This document shows positions 9,875-19,322 of a stretch of DNA of 40,000 bases, piece after piece. The stretch lies in the sequence record MT774381.1. One strand, given 5' to 3'. Under the pieces are notes generated by a model, which was not told the DNA's origin, searched no databases, and was given only the letters and a program-made list of their open reading frames with translations. The position numbers and the translations under genes are program-made. The stretch comes from an uncultured phage cr3_1. Every line of letters begins with the position of its first letter. Position 1 is the first letter of the stretch.

Positions 9875-10187
9875 CTTTAATATATTCTATTTTACCGAAC
9901 AGTTTATCGAATACTTTAGGAGTACAAAATACAACTCCATCTTTTAATTGTTGTTCATTACAAACACGAGAAGCAATTTCTTTACTTATAAATATAGTCT
10001 TATCTCCCAAATGGAGTTCCCCCGTAGAGGAAACATTCGCCTCCCTAAACGCCATATTACCATTATCAATAAATCTTTTACAATTAGAACATATATGATT
10101 TTCAGGTCTATAAGTAAATACTTTATCACAATAATGAGAAGCATTAAATCTTATAAAAGCTCCACAAAGTAAGCAATAGTAATTCAT
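9849..10187 (-). CDS. Small putative zinc-binding protein
   Basis: 112 aa with CLLC...HICSNC cysteine pairs. Confidence 0.5.
   Translation of the reverse strand: MNYYCLLCGAFIRFNASHYCDKVFTYRPENHICSNCKRFIDNGNMAFREANVSSTGELHLGDKTIFISKEIASRVCNEQQLKDGVVFCTPKVFDKLFGKIEYIKDENSKTVS
10016..10034. repeat. Dispersed element inside ORF 9849..10187 (read as VSSTGE)
   Basis: GTTCCCCCGTAGAGGAAAC. Confidence 0.85.
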
Positions 10188-10996
10188 AATAACGCATTTA
10201 TTCGTTTAGTACTTTTAATAGCTTTATTATAAATATCACTACTAATCCGAAGAAGATCGTAAAATAAAACCATCTTAGTATTATTGTTATTAATTTCATA
10301 ATCAGCTTTAATATCACTCATATCTTCAGAAGAATGATTATCAGTGGATTTAGATGGTCTATTAAGTTTAATAACTATACCTCCTGTTTTAGTAATCCAT
10401 TCTTGTTCATTAGCAAAACGAACATCAGGTATTAGACAAAGTCCTTCTTTACGGGCGAGCGTCCATGCTCTACCAATAGTAAGTTTTACCCATCTATTAT
10501 TTTCAATTTGATTACGAACAATATCTGTTCCAAAGTATTGTAAAAGAGTTCGCAGTTTAATAAACACAAATTGATAATTATTAATATAATAAGCAAGAGG
10601 AGTATTTTGTAAATCTTCAATACTTACATCTTTACAAATATCTTCAGATTTATCAAATCTTGCATCATGTTTAGGTTTATCAAAGAAAATATTGTCATGA
10701 ACTTCATACCAAAGTTCATCTTTATACACTCTACTATCAAAATGTTTTCTATCTATATTAAATAACATAGAAAGCATATCTTTAAGATAATCAGCAAAAT
10801 GAATAACAGGAGGTTTAAACTTTGTCTGTTCATACCTTAAAGCCCATTCTTTATAAGTAGCATTTGTAATACCACTTTTAAAGATATAATGAATCATTGA
10901 TGCGGCAGTATCTTTACCACTATTTTTAGCACCACTAATTCCAATAACAATTTTATATTTTTGTTCCATGACGGCAATATACGAAAAATTATCCAA
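10184..10996 (-). CDS. Deoxynucleoside monophosphate kinase-like P-loop protein
   Basis: 270 aa; Walker A GISGAKNSGKDT near the N terminus, and ...EGLCLIPDVRFANEQEWI. Confidence 0.6.
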   Translation of the reverse strand: MDNFSYIAVMEQKYKIVIGISGAKNSGKDTAASMIHYIFKSGITNATYKEWALRYEQTKFKPPVIHFADYLKDMLSMLFNIDRKHFDSRVYKDELWYEVHDNIFFDKPKHDARFDKSEDICKDVSIEDLQNTPLAYYINNYQFVFIKLRTLLQYFGTDIVRNQIENNRWVKLTIGRAWTLARKEGLCLIPDVRFANEQEWITKTGGIVIKLNRPSKSTDNHSSEDMSDIKADYEINNNNTKMVLFYDLLRISSDIYNKAIKSTKRINALL

Positions 10997-11178
10997 TTTC
11001 GTATAATATTTTACGAAAAAGTTATTATATAAATTTAGTAGATTTTTAAGCGATTTAAGCGTATTAAATTTTAGGCTTAACGAATGTATTACTTTGCATA
11101 TAAAATTGATTATATAAGCCCGGAGGCATTATTGCTGGCATTTAAGCAAAGAAAAAGCGGAGCAACTGCCCAGCTTTG

Positions 11179-11544
11179 TTACATATTATCAGCATTAATA
11201 TAATAAATATCATATACTTCAGTAGCTTCTACAATACCTACTTCAATATTTCTTGTTCTTGTACAGCAATCATTAAGATATTCTTTTAGTTCACCACGAA
11301 CAGGTATAACAAGTCTACCATATCCGTCCGTATGACATATACGGCAGTCTCTATTAAACTTAACTCTATTAAGTAAAAGATAATATCTTCTACCTACATT
11401 GGGGACACTACGAGCACATTCTATGTAATATCTATATTTAGGATTAAGACCGGGAATATATAATAAACATTTAGTATTGTTATAAAACGGTAGTTTATTA
11501 TTAGTAAGTGGATTTATAATATCAAATGATAAAATATCAGGCAT
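11179..11544 (-). CDS. Hypothetical protein
   Basis: 121-codon ORF in operon context. Confidence 0.5.
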   Translation of the reverse strand: MPDILSFDIINPLTNNKLPFYNNTKCLLYIPGLNPKYRYYIECARSVPNVGRRYYLLLNRVKFNRDCRICHTDGYGRLVIPVRGELKEYLNDCCTRTRNIEVGIVEATEVYDIYYINADNM

Positions 11545-11550
11545 AGATTG

Positions 11551-12753
11551 TTAATCTATAAACTTAACTTCTTTTACATGAAACGGAACTTTATCTACCC
11601 CAGACCTTTCGCCAAAGGTAATGAATAGTTTACGTCCAATATATTTATTTCTATGGATAAGAATTTCATTTTGGTAATCAAACGTACCATTAACATGAAC
11701 TTCAAAAGTATTATCATTAATATCATTACGACATAAAAGCAAGGGAATGTCACTACGCTTAGTACCTTCCGGATAAATATCAATAACTTCAAATATACCA
11801 TCAGTAGTTCTCTTATATTTAATCATAGTGTTGTTCCTCTTGCCAAATTGGTATTCTGCATTAGGATCACGAAGAATAAGACCTTCAAAACCAATATCTA
11901 TAAATTTATCACGCATTTGTCTTGCCTTTTCTGTTGAACTAATTTCAACAATAGGAAGAACAACAAATCTATCAATATTATTAAGATGATCTTCTTTACA
12001 TCTGATATGTTTAGGAGATTTGATTGTATAAAGTTCCTCAATACGTTTAAATTGAGTATAATCTTGTATAGCAATATCATAACACCAATATTGCAACATA
12101 GCATTTTCAATACATTTGGGGTCTTTAACAAAATGATTAATTTCATTAACAGAATATCCGGGAAGATAAATTTCTCCGTCTAAAACATAATCTTCGTCAA
12201 TCATTTTATCAAGAAGCCAATCAGGAAGAATTTCAAGGAGATAATTTTCTAAATGATAAAGACTTTTCCAATACGTTCCTTCACGAGATTGAAACAAAAG
12301 TTTATAAGGTGTAAAAATATCACCTTCATTTCTTTTAGCACTAATAAGGCAACGCAGACCATTAATCTTAAATTGACCAAGACGATTACTTATTTTATTA
12401 AACACATTATCATTATACACTTTAGCAAGCATAGGAAGCAAAGTTCCATCAGCAGTAGTACGGTCATGCGGAAGATAGGTTTGCAAGTACTGGATAAGAG
12501 AGTGTTCCTCTGCGGGGGGACAACTTGTGTCATCCCTTAATTCATTAAGATATTTATATCCTTGCTTTAATTTTTCATTATACTTACTTTTAACTTCATC
12601 AACAGATTTACGTTTAGTACAAACAGTAGTAAGTATATCTTTGCCACCAACTAATCCGTGATGAATACAATAAGTATTTTCCGTTAAAGGTAAAGCATAC
12701 CAATAACAAGGATTACCATGATTATTACGTCTGTAAATAATTTTATCAGTCAT
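11551..12753 (-). CDS. ATP-dependent DNA ligase
   Basis: 400 aa; active-site-like KINGLR, DYVLDGEIYLP, GFEGLILRDP, MIKYKR motifs. Confidence 0.85.
   Translation of the reverse strand: MTDKIIYRRNNHGNPCYWYALPLTENTYCIHHGLVGGKDILTTVCTKRKSVDEVKSKYNEKLKQGYKYLNELRDDTSCPPAEEHSLIQYLQTYLPHDRTTADGTLLPMLAKVYNDNVFNKISNRLGQFKINGLRCLISAKRNEGDIFTPYKLLFQSREGTYWKSLYHLENYLLEILPDWLLDKMIDEDYVLDGEIYLPGYSVNEINHFVKDPKCIENAMLQYWCYDIAIQDYTQFKRIEELYTIKSPKHIRCKEDHLNNIDRFVVLPIVEISSTEKARQMRDKFIDIGFEGLILRDPNAEYQFGKRNNTMIKYKRTTDGIFEVIDIYPEGTKRSDIPLLLCRNDINDNTFEVHVNGTFDYQNEILIHRNKYIGRKLFITFGERSGVDKVPFHVKEVKFID
12505..12521. repeat. Dispersed element inside ligase gene (read as CPPAEEH)
   Basis: TTCCTCTGCGGGGGGAC; differs slightly from the consensus. 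Confidence 0.7.
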
Positions 12754-13319
12754 TTCTTTGAAAAATTAAATGTCATCATATTTAAAGGTACTTCAACCTT
12801 ACTCTTTTTAATTTTATCTAAAGCATCGGGGTTCTTACGAATAACATGTTTCTTAGTTTTAGTATTTTCAAGAAGATAAGCATCTTCTCCAGTAATTAAA
12901 TCGTGAGTTTTATATTTTACTATTTTACCACGTTTAACTTGTTTCTTTTTAGGAGCAGGAGGAGTGTAAGGATTATTTTGTTCAAATAGAAGATTTTCTT
13001 TATGTCTTTCAATGAGTTTACTAATCCATTTCTCTTTGTTAGCTCGAAGATTAATGTTGACAACTTCATCGTCACTATCATCTTTTATACTACTAATAAT
13101 ATATAAATAGGCTTGTACATGACGAGCGTACATAGGATAATCAGTCATCATAGGACGACCACAACTATATTCCCTTGTACAATCCATATCTTTGAGTAAA
13201 GTAGTAAGTATAGAAGATGTTATTTCAGATTGTAATTTTCTATTTAAATCTCTATAATCTAAATGATTTAAATTATGATCTGGAAACTCATAAGTTTCGC
13301 CATTATAATCTATAATCAT
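12750..13319 (-). CDS. Hypothetical protein
   Basis: 189-codon ORF. Confidence 0.6.
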   Translation of the reverse strand: MIIDYNGETYEFPDHNLNHLDYRDLNRKLQSEITSSILTTLLKDMDCTREYSCGRPMMTDYPMYARHVQAYLYIISSIKDDSDDEVVNINLRANKEKWISKLIERHKENLLFEQNNPYTPPAPKKKQVKRGKIVKYKTHDLITGEDAYLLENTKTKKHVIRKNPDALDKIKKSKVEVPLNMMTFNFSKK

Positions 13320-13741
13320 AACATACTTAATGTAGTCTTATATATAATAACCCTTTTAGGTTTACCTAACAAACAATGATTGTATTTAAACCATTTAATA
13401 GGGTCAACAGCAGGATGCCAACGAAACTCATTATCAATAAGATGAACAATACCGGATTCGTAATCAAACCCACTATGCATTTGATTCCCTGCAATATCAT
13501 CAGACATAGGACATACTCTCCTAATAACTTTACGATCTTCATTATCGTTAATATTTACTTCCCCGTATAAAAATACTTTATCTTTATTAATTATTTCTTT
13601 ACCATTAGACCAAGCATAAAGTTTGTCAAGATTTTTCTCAGTTTTTTCATCAATAGCTTCCATTACAGCAATTTGTGCTTTATCAAAACGGGCTACTATT
13701 GTTTTCTTTCTTATTCCTAATAGATTCAATTCTTTTAACAT
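13316..13741 (-). CDS. Hypothetical protein
   Basis: 141-codon ORF; contains a degenerate element-like FLYGEV segment. Confidence 0.55.
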   Translation of the reverse strand: MLKELNLLGIRKKTIVARFDKAQIAVMEAIDEKTEKNLDKLYAWSNGKEIINKDKVFLYGEVNINDNEDRKVIRRVCPMSDDIAGNQMHSGFDYESGIVHLIDNEFRWHPAVDPIKWFKYNHCLLGKPKRVIIYKTTLSML

Positions 13742-14900
13742 AATTCTTTATATATTTAATGGTTTCTACTATAAATTTAGTACATTCTTTTGAACCATAT
13801 TTAGCACGAAGTTCAGAAAAGTCTTTACAACCATAGTTTTTAGGAATTAAAACTGCTGGAATACGATATTGTTTTCTTAAATTACAAGCTTCAGAAAAAC
13901 CTGTTTTATCATTGTCCATAAGACTAACAATATTATAAGGATTCTTTTCTTTAAGTTTGTCATAAAGCCAATAATATTCAGCAGTACTAAGTCTGTAATT
14001 TTCAGCAGGTATGTTAATAACACCTATGTTATATGGGAATGTTCCCCCGTAAAGGAAACGCATCATCCATAGTTGCTTGTCAAGACTAACTCTATCTTTT
14101 GTAGACTTCGTTATAATAATATAATCATAATCATCTCTTTCAAGATTATAAATACCTTCAAGATGATTGCAATTAGTAATGAATCGAGTATCTTTTTTAT
14201 CTCGTTTAGGAAAATATAATTTTATATTGTGTATACCATTGCTATCTCGTCCAAGAACATAAGCATAACAAGGATCGTCAGAGTCATAGTAATATTTTGG
14301 TTGAGGATTAATACGTCGGTTTATATAATATTGGTCTACTGCATAAATAAAATGAGTGTTTAACCAATTAATATCAACTCCTATATTTCCCCAATAAGTA
14401 ATATCATCTGTGTTCCATTCACGATTAACAAATTCAATAATTGGTTTTGATTTTTGAATACGAATACGACCTTCAGCAAGATGCCCAGCAAGATTTGGGT
14501 CAACAGCTGTACCATAGATAATATCACTAAATGTAAGAGCTATATGTTTTAGAACTGCAATAAAATCTCTTTTATTTTCAACATTAATAATTTTATTATA
14601 TGTACCTGAGATAACATATGCAGCTATGTCAAAACAATCACCCCATAGAAAACCTGAAAAGTCTTTATATTTTAGTTTGCCTCTATTGTCATATTTAAAA
14701 CCAACAGTAGGATGATTGTCTATTCTTAATGTAGAACAGATAAGTTCTCCTGTGTCAACACAATGTTGAATAAGTTGCTCGGGAATACCAAGATAAACAG
14801 AAAATATTTTGATTTGGCTAACCTTTGAAAGAATATAATTCTTATTAAGATTAGTATTATTTATATTTCTGCGCATAGAATAAAAAAATACCCCACACAA
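13683..14900 (-). CDS. DnaG-type (TOPRIM) DNA primase-like protein
   Basis: 405 aa; ...NIVSLMDNDKTGFSEACNLRKQYRIPAVLIPKNYGCKDFSEL resembles a TOPRIM DxD/DxxK region; located in the replication cluster. Confidence 0.7.
   Translation of the reverse strand: MCGVFFYSMRRNINNTNLNKNYILSKVSQIKIFSVYLGIPEQLIQHCVDTGELICSTLRIDNHPTVGFKYDNRGKLKYKDFSGFLWGDCFDIAAYVISGTYNKIINVENKRDFIAVLKHIALTFSDIIYGTAVDPNLAGHLAEGRIRIQKSKPIIEFVNREWNTDDITYWGNIGVDINWLNTHFIYAVDQYYINRRINPQPKYYYDSDDPCYAYVLGRDSNGIHNIKLYFPKRDKKDTRFITNCNHLEGIYNLERDDYDYIIITKSTKDRVSLDKQLWMMRFLYGGTFPYNIGVINIPAENYRLSTAEYYWLYDKLKEKNPYNIVSLMDNDKTGFSEACNLRKQYRIPAVLIPKNYGCKDFSELRAKYGSKECTKFIVETIKYIKNYVKRIESIRNKKENNSSPF
14041..14057. repeat. Dispersed element inside primase gene (read as FLYGGT)
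   Basis: GTTCCCCCGTAAAGGAA. Confidence 0.85.
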
Positions 14901-14942
14901 ACCATTATAATAAATAACAGTATGTGTGGGGTTTGCGAAAGC
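14890..14942 (-). terminator. Intrinsic terminator downstream of ORF 14964..15920
   Basis: ACCCCACAC...GTGTGGGGT followed on the minus strand by ATTTTTTTATT. Confidence 0.75.
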
Positions 14943-14963
14943 TCAAATATTAACTATATTGAA

Positions 14964-15920
14964 TTAGAAAGGTAAATCACTTACTGCGTCAGTAAATGCG
15001 GGAATAGGACCTCCATCCGATGCAGCAGCACCATCTGCAAATCCTGCCGGAACTCCACCCATAGGTACTCCGGGCATACCGGGAACAGCAGGGTTAGTAG
15101 GAGTCTTGGCAATATCCATAAGCGCAATTCTTTCTTTAGTTGCATCAATTTTAAGAATAGGAGCTTTGTTGGTAATAAAGAGTTCGAGAACACCTTCACC
15201 AACAAATCCGGGGAAAGCAAGGTCTCCAGCACGATTGCCACTCTCAATAGCTTTCCATTGCCCCTTATTCTTCATAAAACGAAGCAGTTTCATCCAAACA
15301 GGAACAATCTTACCATCAGCGGTAACATATACAGGTTTACCATTTTTTCCGGTGTTCATAATGTTAACAAAATTCTCAAAGAGAACACGCCAACCATTAA
15401 TTACTTCGGTAGGATCTACGCTAACATATTCTCCATTATCGTCGAAATCCTCAAAAGCAAGAGTAAGAGCATCTTCTTGCTGTCCAGTCATAGGACTACC
15501 TTTAAGGAGATAAACATCAAGAATATGTTTCATGTAAGCCATGATGCGGTCAACCTGCCAAGCTTTAGAACCATTAGGAATAGTATCTACATTAGATTCA
15601 GCAGGCAAGAACTGCATAGTTACATAACGACGTTCAGTAGCAGCAGGATGATTACTTGCAAAAGTAAGAACAAGTTTCGGTACAGTCATTCCGTTAAAAG
15701 ACGGCATACCAGTTGTTTCTTCACCAATAGTAATGTCCTTAACTTCAACACTTTCAAGATGACCTTGAAACAAACCATTAGCTTTATTAGCGTCACGAAC
15801 ATCATCAAACTTCAAACGACTTGTAGCACGAGTTTCATTGGAAATACCACGACGCTTCTTTTTGTTAGTAACTTCAGCGGGCTGGCCAGCAACCGCATTA
15901 GCAACTTTTTCTTCACTCAT
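14964..15920 (-). CDS. Putative ssDNA-binding/replication-associated protein
   Basis: 318 aa; codon usage distinct from neighbours; flexible Gly/Pro-rich tail ending in DAVSDLPF, resembling an SSB C-terminal tip. Function inferred. Confidence 0.45.
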   Translation of the reverse strand: MSEEKVANAVAGQPAEVTNKKKRRGISNETRATSRLKFDDVRDANKANGLFQGHLESVEVKDITIGEETTGMPSFNGMTVPKLVLTFASNHPAATERRYVTMQFLPAESNVDTIPNGSKAWQVDRIMAYMKHILDVYLLKGSPMTGQQEDALTLAFEDFDDNGEYVSVDPTEVINGWRVLFENFVNIMNTGKNGKPVYVTADGKIVPVWMKLLRFMKNKGQWKAIESGNRAGDLAFPGFVGEGVLELFITNKAPILKIDATKERIALMDIAKTPTNPAVPGMPGVPMGGVPAGFADGAAASDGGPIPAFTDAVSDLPF

Positions 15921-15956
15921 AGTTCTGTAAATTTTTAATTAAACGTTTAATTAGAC

Positions 15957-15995
15957 AAAAATAGCCGGAGCAGTAGCATTATCACCACTACTCCG
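15957..15995 (-). terminator. Intrinsic terminator downstream of ORF 16023..16865
   Basis: Minus strand CGGAGTAGTGG-TGATAATG-CTACTGCTCCG then GGCTATTTTTG. Confidence 0.65.
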
Positions 15996-16022
15996 ACTAC
16001 AATTTAAGATACAATGAACGGA

Positions 16023-16865
16023 CTACTCTTCAGCAGCTTCTTCACCCTCACCTGCGGGCTTCTTAGCACCTACACGAACGGGCTTCTTGTCTTCCGACTC
16101 ACCAAGGATAAGCATAGAAACTTCTACATCCTTGTAGCCGTCGTTAATCATACACTTCTGAATGTCATCAATATCAACAGAATAGATACGGTTAACAGTA
16201 TCAGCGGCTTCACCAAGGTCAGCTTTAAGCTGTGCCCAAACATTCGAATCCGTAAACGTAAGGTTTACACCAAGACCCGTAACATTCGAAGGGCTTGCTG
16301 CTTTCGAACCCTTAAACTTGTTAACCTCGATAGGTTGAACAAAAGGACAAAGCAGATTCTTCTGCTCAGCCTCCGTAATACCATCACGGTTAAGAGCCTC
16401 AATAAGCTCCTCGTTGTCACTCTCAAGAGCAGCAGCAAGCATCTCATCGAAACGAGCTTCAACAAGACGAAGACGATCAGCCTGCGTAAGACGCTCTTTA
16501 CCAAGAACGGGCAGACCCTTGCTGTCATACTCCTGAATACCCTTTGCAATAGCCCACATATCGAACTCTTTATGAATAGCGATAGCAGCTTCGGGAGTAC
16601 CCCATTCCAGACCATTCTCTTCAACAAAAGCGACAAGCTCTTCAACCTTATTTGCAATAGCTTGGTCGATATTAGCAACGTTATTGATAAACATTACATA
16701 ATCACCATGTTGAATACCCAGAATACGAGTAACAGGACCAGTAATACGGAAACCGCCCTCAGTAGAGGTAGCAATTACCTGCGGATCAGCAGTCATATTA
16801 CGCTGGCCAGCAGCAACAACAGCAAAACCAAAACCCGAGCTTTTAACATTTCCAAAAGTTTTCAT
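16023..16865 (-). CDS. Conserved-looking hypothetical protein with high-expression style codons
   Basis: 280 aa, C-ending codons abundant, own terminator. Confidence 0.7.
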   Translation of the reverse strand: MKTFGNVKSSGFGFAVVAAGQRNMTADPQVIATSTEGGFRITGPVTRILGIQHGDYVMFINNVANIDQAIANKVEELVAFVEENGLEWGTPEAAIAIHKEFDMWAIAKGIQEYDSKGLPVLGKERLTQADRLRLVEARFDEMLAAALESDNEELIEALNRDGITEAEQKNLLCPFVQPIEVNKFKGSKAASPSNVTGLGVNLTFTDSNVWAQLKADLGEAADTVNRIYSVDIDDIQKCMINDGYKDVEVSMLILGESEDKKPVRVGAKKPAGEGEEAAEE

Positions 16866-16925
16866 AATTCTTTGTGTTTAAAAAATTAATTGTTTGATTT
16901 ATTTTTTGAGGAATAACTTTTTCCA

Positions 16926-17885
16926 TTACTTGACTTCCTCAAAGTCAGCAATTTCAGTATCATTAAGTTCTTTACCCGAAATTATTTTAAGCTCAGTTGT
17001 TTCCATACAACCCATAATAACATCGGAAGCAATATCACGAGCACCATATGTAAATGCTCTATGACCAATAAGAACTTTAGGATATTTCTTATAAGTATCT
17101 TTTTCAAACATACCAGCAGTCATAGCTTCTGAAAAACTAAAACTACTAATAGCAGTAACTTCTTTGCCGTTTACTGTACGGCGGAACTCATATTCAGTAA
17201 TATAATCGACTGCTTGATTAGGAATACGATAAATAGGACATTTCCCACTTTTAGTTATCGTGTCAACATCAGTCTTTGTAACCGCAATAGCAAAACGACT
17301 ATCTAATTGATAACTCTTATAAATAGTCTTTCGCATATCACTATAAAACTGAACAGGATAAACATAAACTACATCTTTATCTTTAGAATTAATTTGTTTC
17401 TCTTCTGCCTCTTTACGACTTCTACATTTTTCAGTATAGTCCGGGAGAACATTATCAACATAAACATTAATGCCGTCTGTATATTCATACAGAGGTGAAT
17501 AATTTTTAGTACAACGCCAAGTAACACCTGCCCTCGACAATAATGCTTTGATGATATGAATGTCAACACCTGTTTTACCATTAATAACATGGATATGTTC
17601 AAGGGAGGTACTGAAAGGAATATCGAGGTCTTTTGCTCTCATAAGAACAGCAAGACCCTCATTCACGGTCTTAATTCCACCTTTATCAGTTCTCATAATC
17701 TTATCGAGAAAATTCATTGCAGATGCAAGTTGTTTTTCGTCTAAAAGATTAAGAGAATTAATAGAACCACCATTAAAATTACTAACAGCAGTAACGGGTT
17801 GTTTAACATCCTCTTTGACTATTGCTACTTTGGCATTGTTAACAGTAGCTTCGTCATTCGGTTTGTTAGTTTGTTCCGTCATCAT
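16926..17885 (-). CDS. RecT-like single-strand annealing protein (tentative)
   Basis: 319 aa; AVLMRAKDLDIPFSTSLEHIHVINGKTGVDIHIIKALLSRAG and YEFRRTVNGKEVTA...SEAMTAGMFEKDTYKKYPKVLIGHRAFTYGARDIASDVIMG resemble phage RecT-type annealases. Confidence 0.55.
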   Translation of the reverse strand: MMTEQTNKPNDEATVNNAKVAIVKEDVKQPVTAVSNFNGGSINSLNLLDEKQLASAMNFLDKIMRTDKGGIKTVNEGLAVLMRAKDLDIPFSTSLEHIHVINGKTGVDIHIIKALLSRAGVTWRCTKNYSPLYEYTDGINVYVDNVLPDYTEKCRSRKEAEEKQINSKDKDVVYVYPVQFYSDMRKTIYKSYQLDSRFAIAVTKTDVDTITKSGKCPIYRIPNQAVDYITEYEFRRTVNGKEVTAISSFSFSEAMTAGMFEKDTYKKYPKVLIGHRAFTYGARDIASDVIMGCMETTELKIISGKELNDTEIADFEEVK

Positions 17886-17936
17886 TGTATCAAAGAACGT
17901 TAATTGGTACTACAATTATAAGGATTAAATTCGAAT

Positions 17937-19322
17937 TTACAAAATAATATCACCGGTATTTTCATCTATATATAAATTTTTTTGTTCATCCTCCACTATT
18001 GCGTGAATTGCGCTACCTTTTATTTTACTTATTGCAGTAGCTTCTAATGTACCATTACAATAAAGATTGTAAATGATATTAGGATTAGTGGTAAAATGTA
18101 GGTCGGCAAACCTACCTTTAATAGTACGAATATCTTCACATAATGGTGACGTAATAATCCACGCATCACACGTCAATTCCAGCCCATTTAACGAGCTATT
18201 TTTTGTTGAAAGTATCTGAATATCACCGGAAATATATCGTCGTAAATTGGCCGTCGAAATGGCTTGTGAGCCTATGATTTTAGGCTCCCCCTTGTGAGCA
18301 CCGGATTTAATAAGAATAGGAACTCCATCATCATCAATAGCAACAGCTTTCTCAATACAATCATGATAATCTCCACACTTAATACCATTAGCGTTAAGAT
18401 GTTTTGTAATCAAAGCTGCAAACTCACCTCGTTTAGAAATAATAACGAATTTTTTATCAGGATTATCTTTAATAATATCTAATATATGAGAAAGTTTAGC
18501 TTCATTATCTGTAACTAAATCTCTTCGTTTTCTCATAACTTCATATATTGTACATGCTTTTTCATACAGTAGTGTAGGATTATATGCGCTATCCACTTCT
18601 TTATTAAAAGGAACAGACATATCAAGAGTTTCAGACCAACCATTAGCACGAGCAATTTTATCACGTACTTCAGCACCAGACAAGCCTAATTGTCTATCAC
18701 CATGTTTTATTCTGTCAATATTTTTAATATCACCAATAATAACCATAGTATTGTTAATATAAGCAGATTGTTTATCATATTCTGCTTTATCATCAGCTGA
18801 AATAGTAACTGCTATGCGATGTTCCTCTACGGGGGAGCAAATAATAGCATTCTTTGCTTGTTGAACACTAATTTCTCCATTAATAGATGGAAGTATAATA
18901 TAAACTTTACTTAAAGTTTGAAAAGCAAGAATTTTAGTATTAGTAAGTATATTCATAACAAATTTAGTACGATCACAAAACATTTGAATAATGCTAAAAG
19001 GTGTAACATCAATAAGCACTACCAAATCATAATTATACTTATAACTTGTTCTAATATAATTCTGACTAACACAAGTAATACGCGAATGATCAATTTTAAG
19101 TCTATCAAACTCAGATATAAGTTCTTTCCTCATATCAAAACTTTGTACGACTATAAATATACTCGCATCACCTCTTTTAGCTACAAATTTACCAATAGTG
19201 GTAACAGCTAAAGTGGCATAACTAAATGGCTTATTACAATGAATAGTACCTTTACCTTTATTGTTTCGCCATTTATCAATAACAGTTTCATAAAATTGAT
19301 TAAGAACCTCCATCTTCATCAA
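17937..19322 (-). CDS. SNF2/SF2-like helicase (tentative)
   Basis: 461 aa; helicase C-terminal-like LSHILDIIKDNPDKKFVIISKRGEFAALITKHLNANGIKCGDYH and ISTANLRRYISGDIQILSTKNSSLNGLELTCDAWIITSPL. Confidence 0.55.
   Translation of the reverse strand: MMKMEVLNQFYETVIDKWRNNKGKGTIHCNKPFSYATLAVTTIGKFVAKRGDASIFIVVQSFDMRKELISEFDRLKIDHSRITCVSQNYIRTSYKYNYDLVVLIDVTPFSIIQMFCDRTKFVMNILTNTKILAFQTLSKVYIILPSINGEISVQQAKNAIICSPVEEHRIAVTISADDKAEYDKQSAYINNTMVIIGDIKNIDRIKHGDRQLGLSGAEVRDKIARANGWSETLDMSVPFNKEVDSAYNPTLLYEKACTIYEVMRKRRDLVTDNEAKLSHILDIIKDNPDKKFVIISKRGEFAALITKHLNANGIKCGDYHDCIEKAVAIDDDGVPILIKSGAHKGEPKIIGSQAISTANLRRYISGDIQILSTKNSSLNGLELTCDAWIITSPLCEDIRTIKGRFADLHFTTNPNIIYNLYCNGTLEATAISKIKGSAIHAIVEDEQKNLYIDENTGDIIL
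18820..18837. repeat. Dispersed element inside SNF2-like gene (read as CSPVEEH)
   Basis: GTTCCTCTACGGGGGAGC. Confidence 0.85.

Noticed and set aside
15258-15938. 226-aa plus-strand ORF
   Set aside because: Antisense shadow of ORF 14964..15920 (-), whose sequence looks like a real protein.
16014-16889. 291-aa plus-strand ORF
   Set aside because: Antisense to 16023..16865 (-), which matches operon direction, codon style and has its own terminator; the plus product is low-complexity Asn/Ser/Thr-rich.
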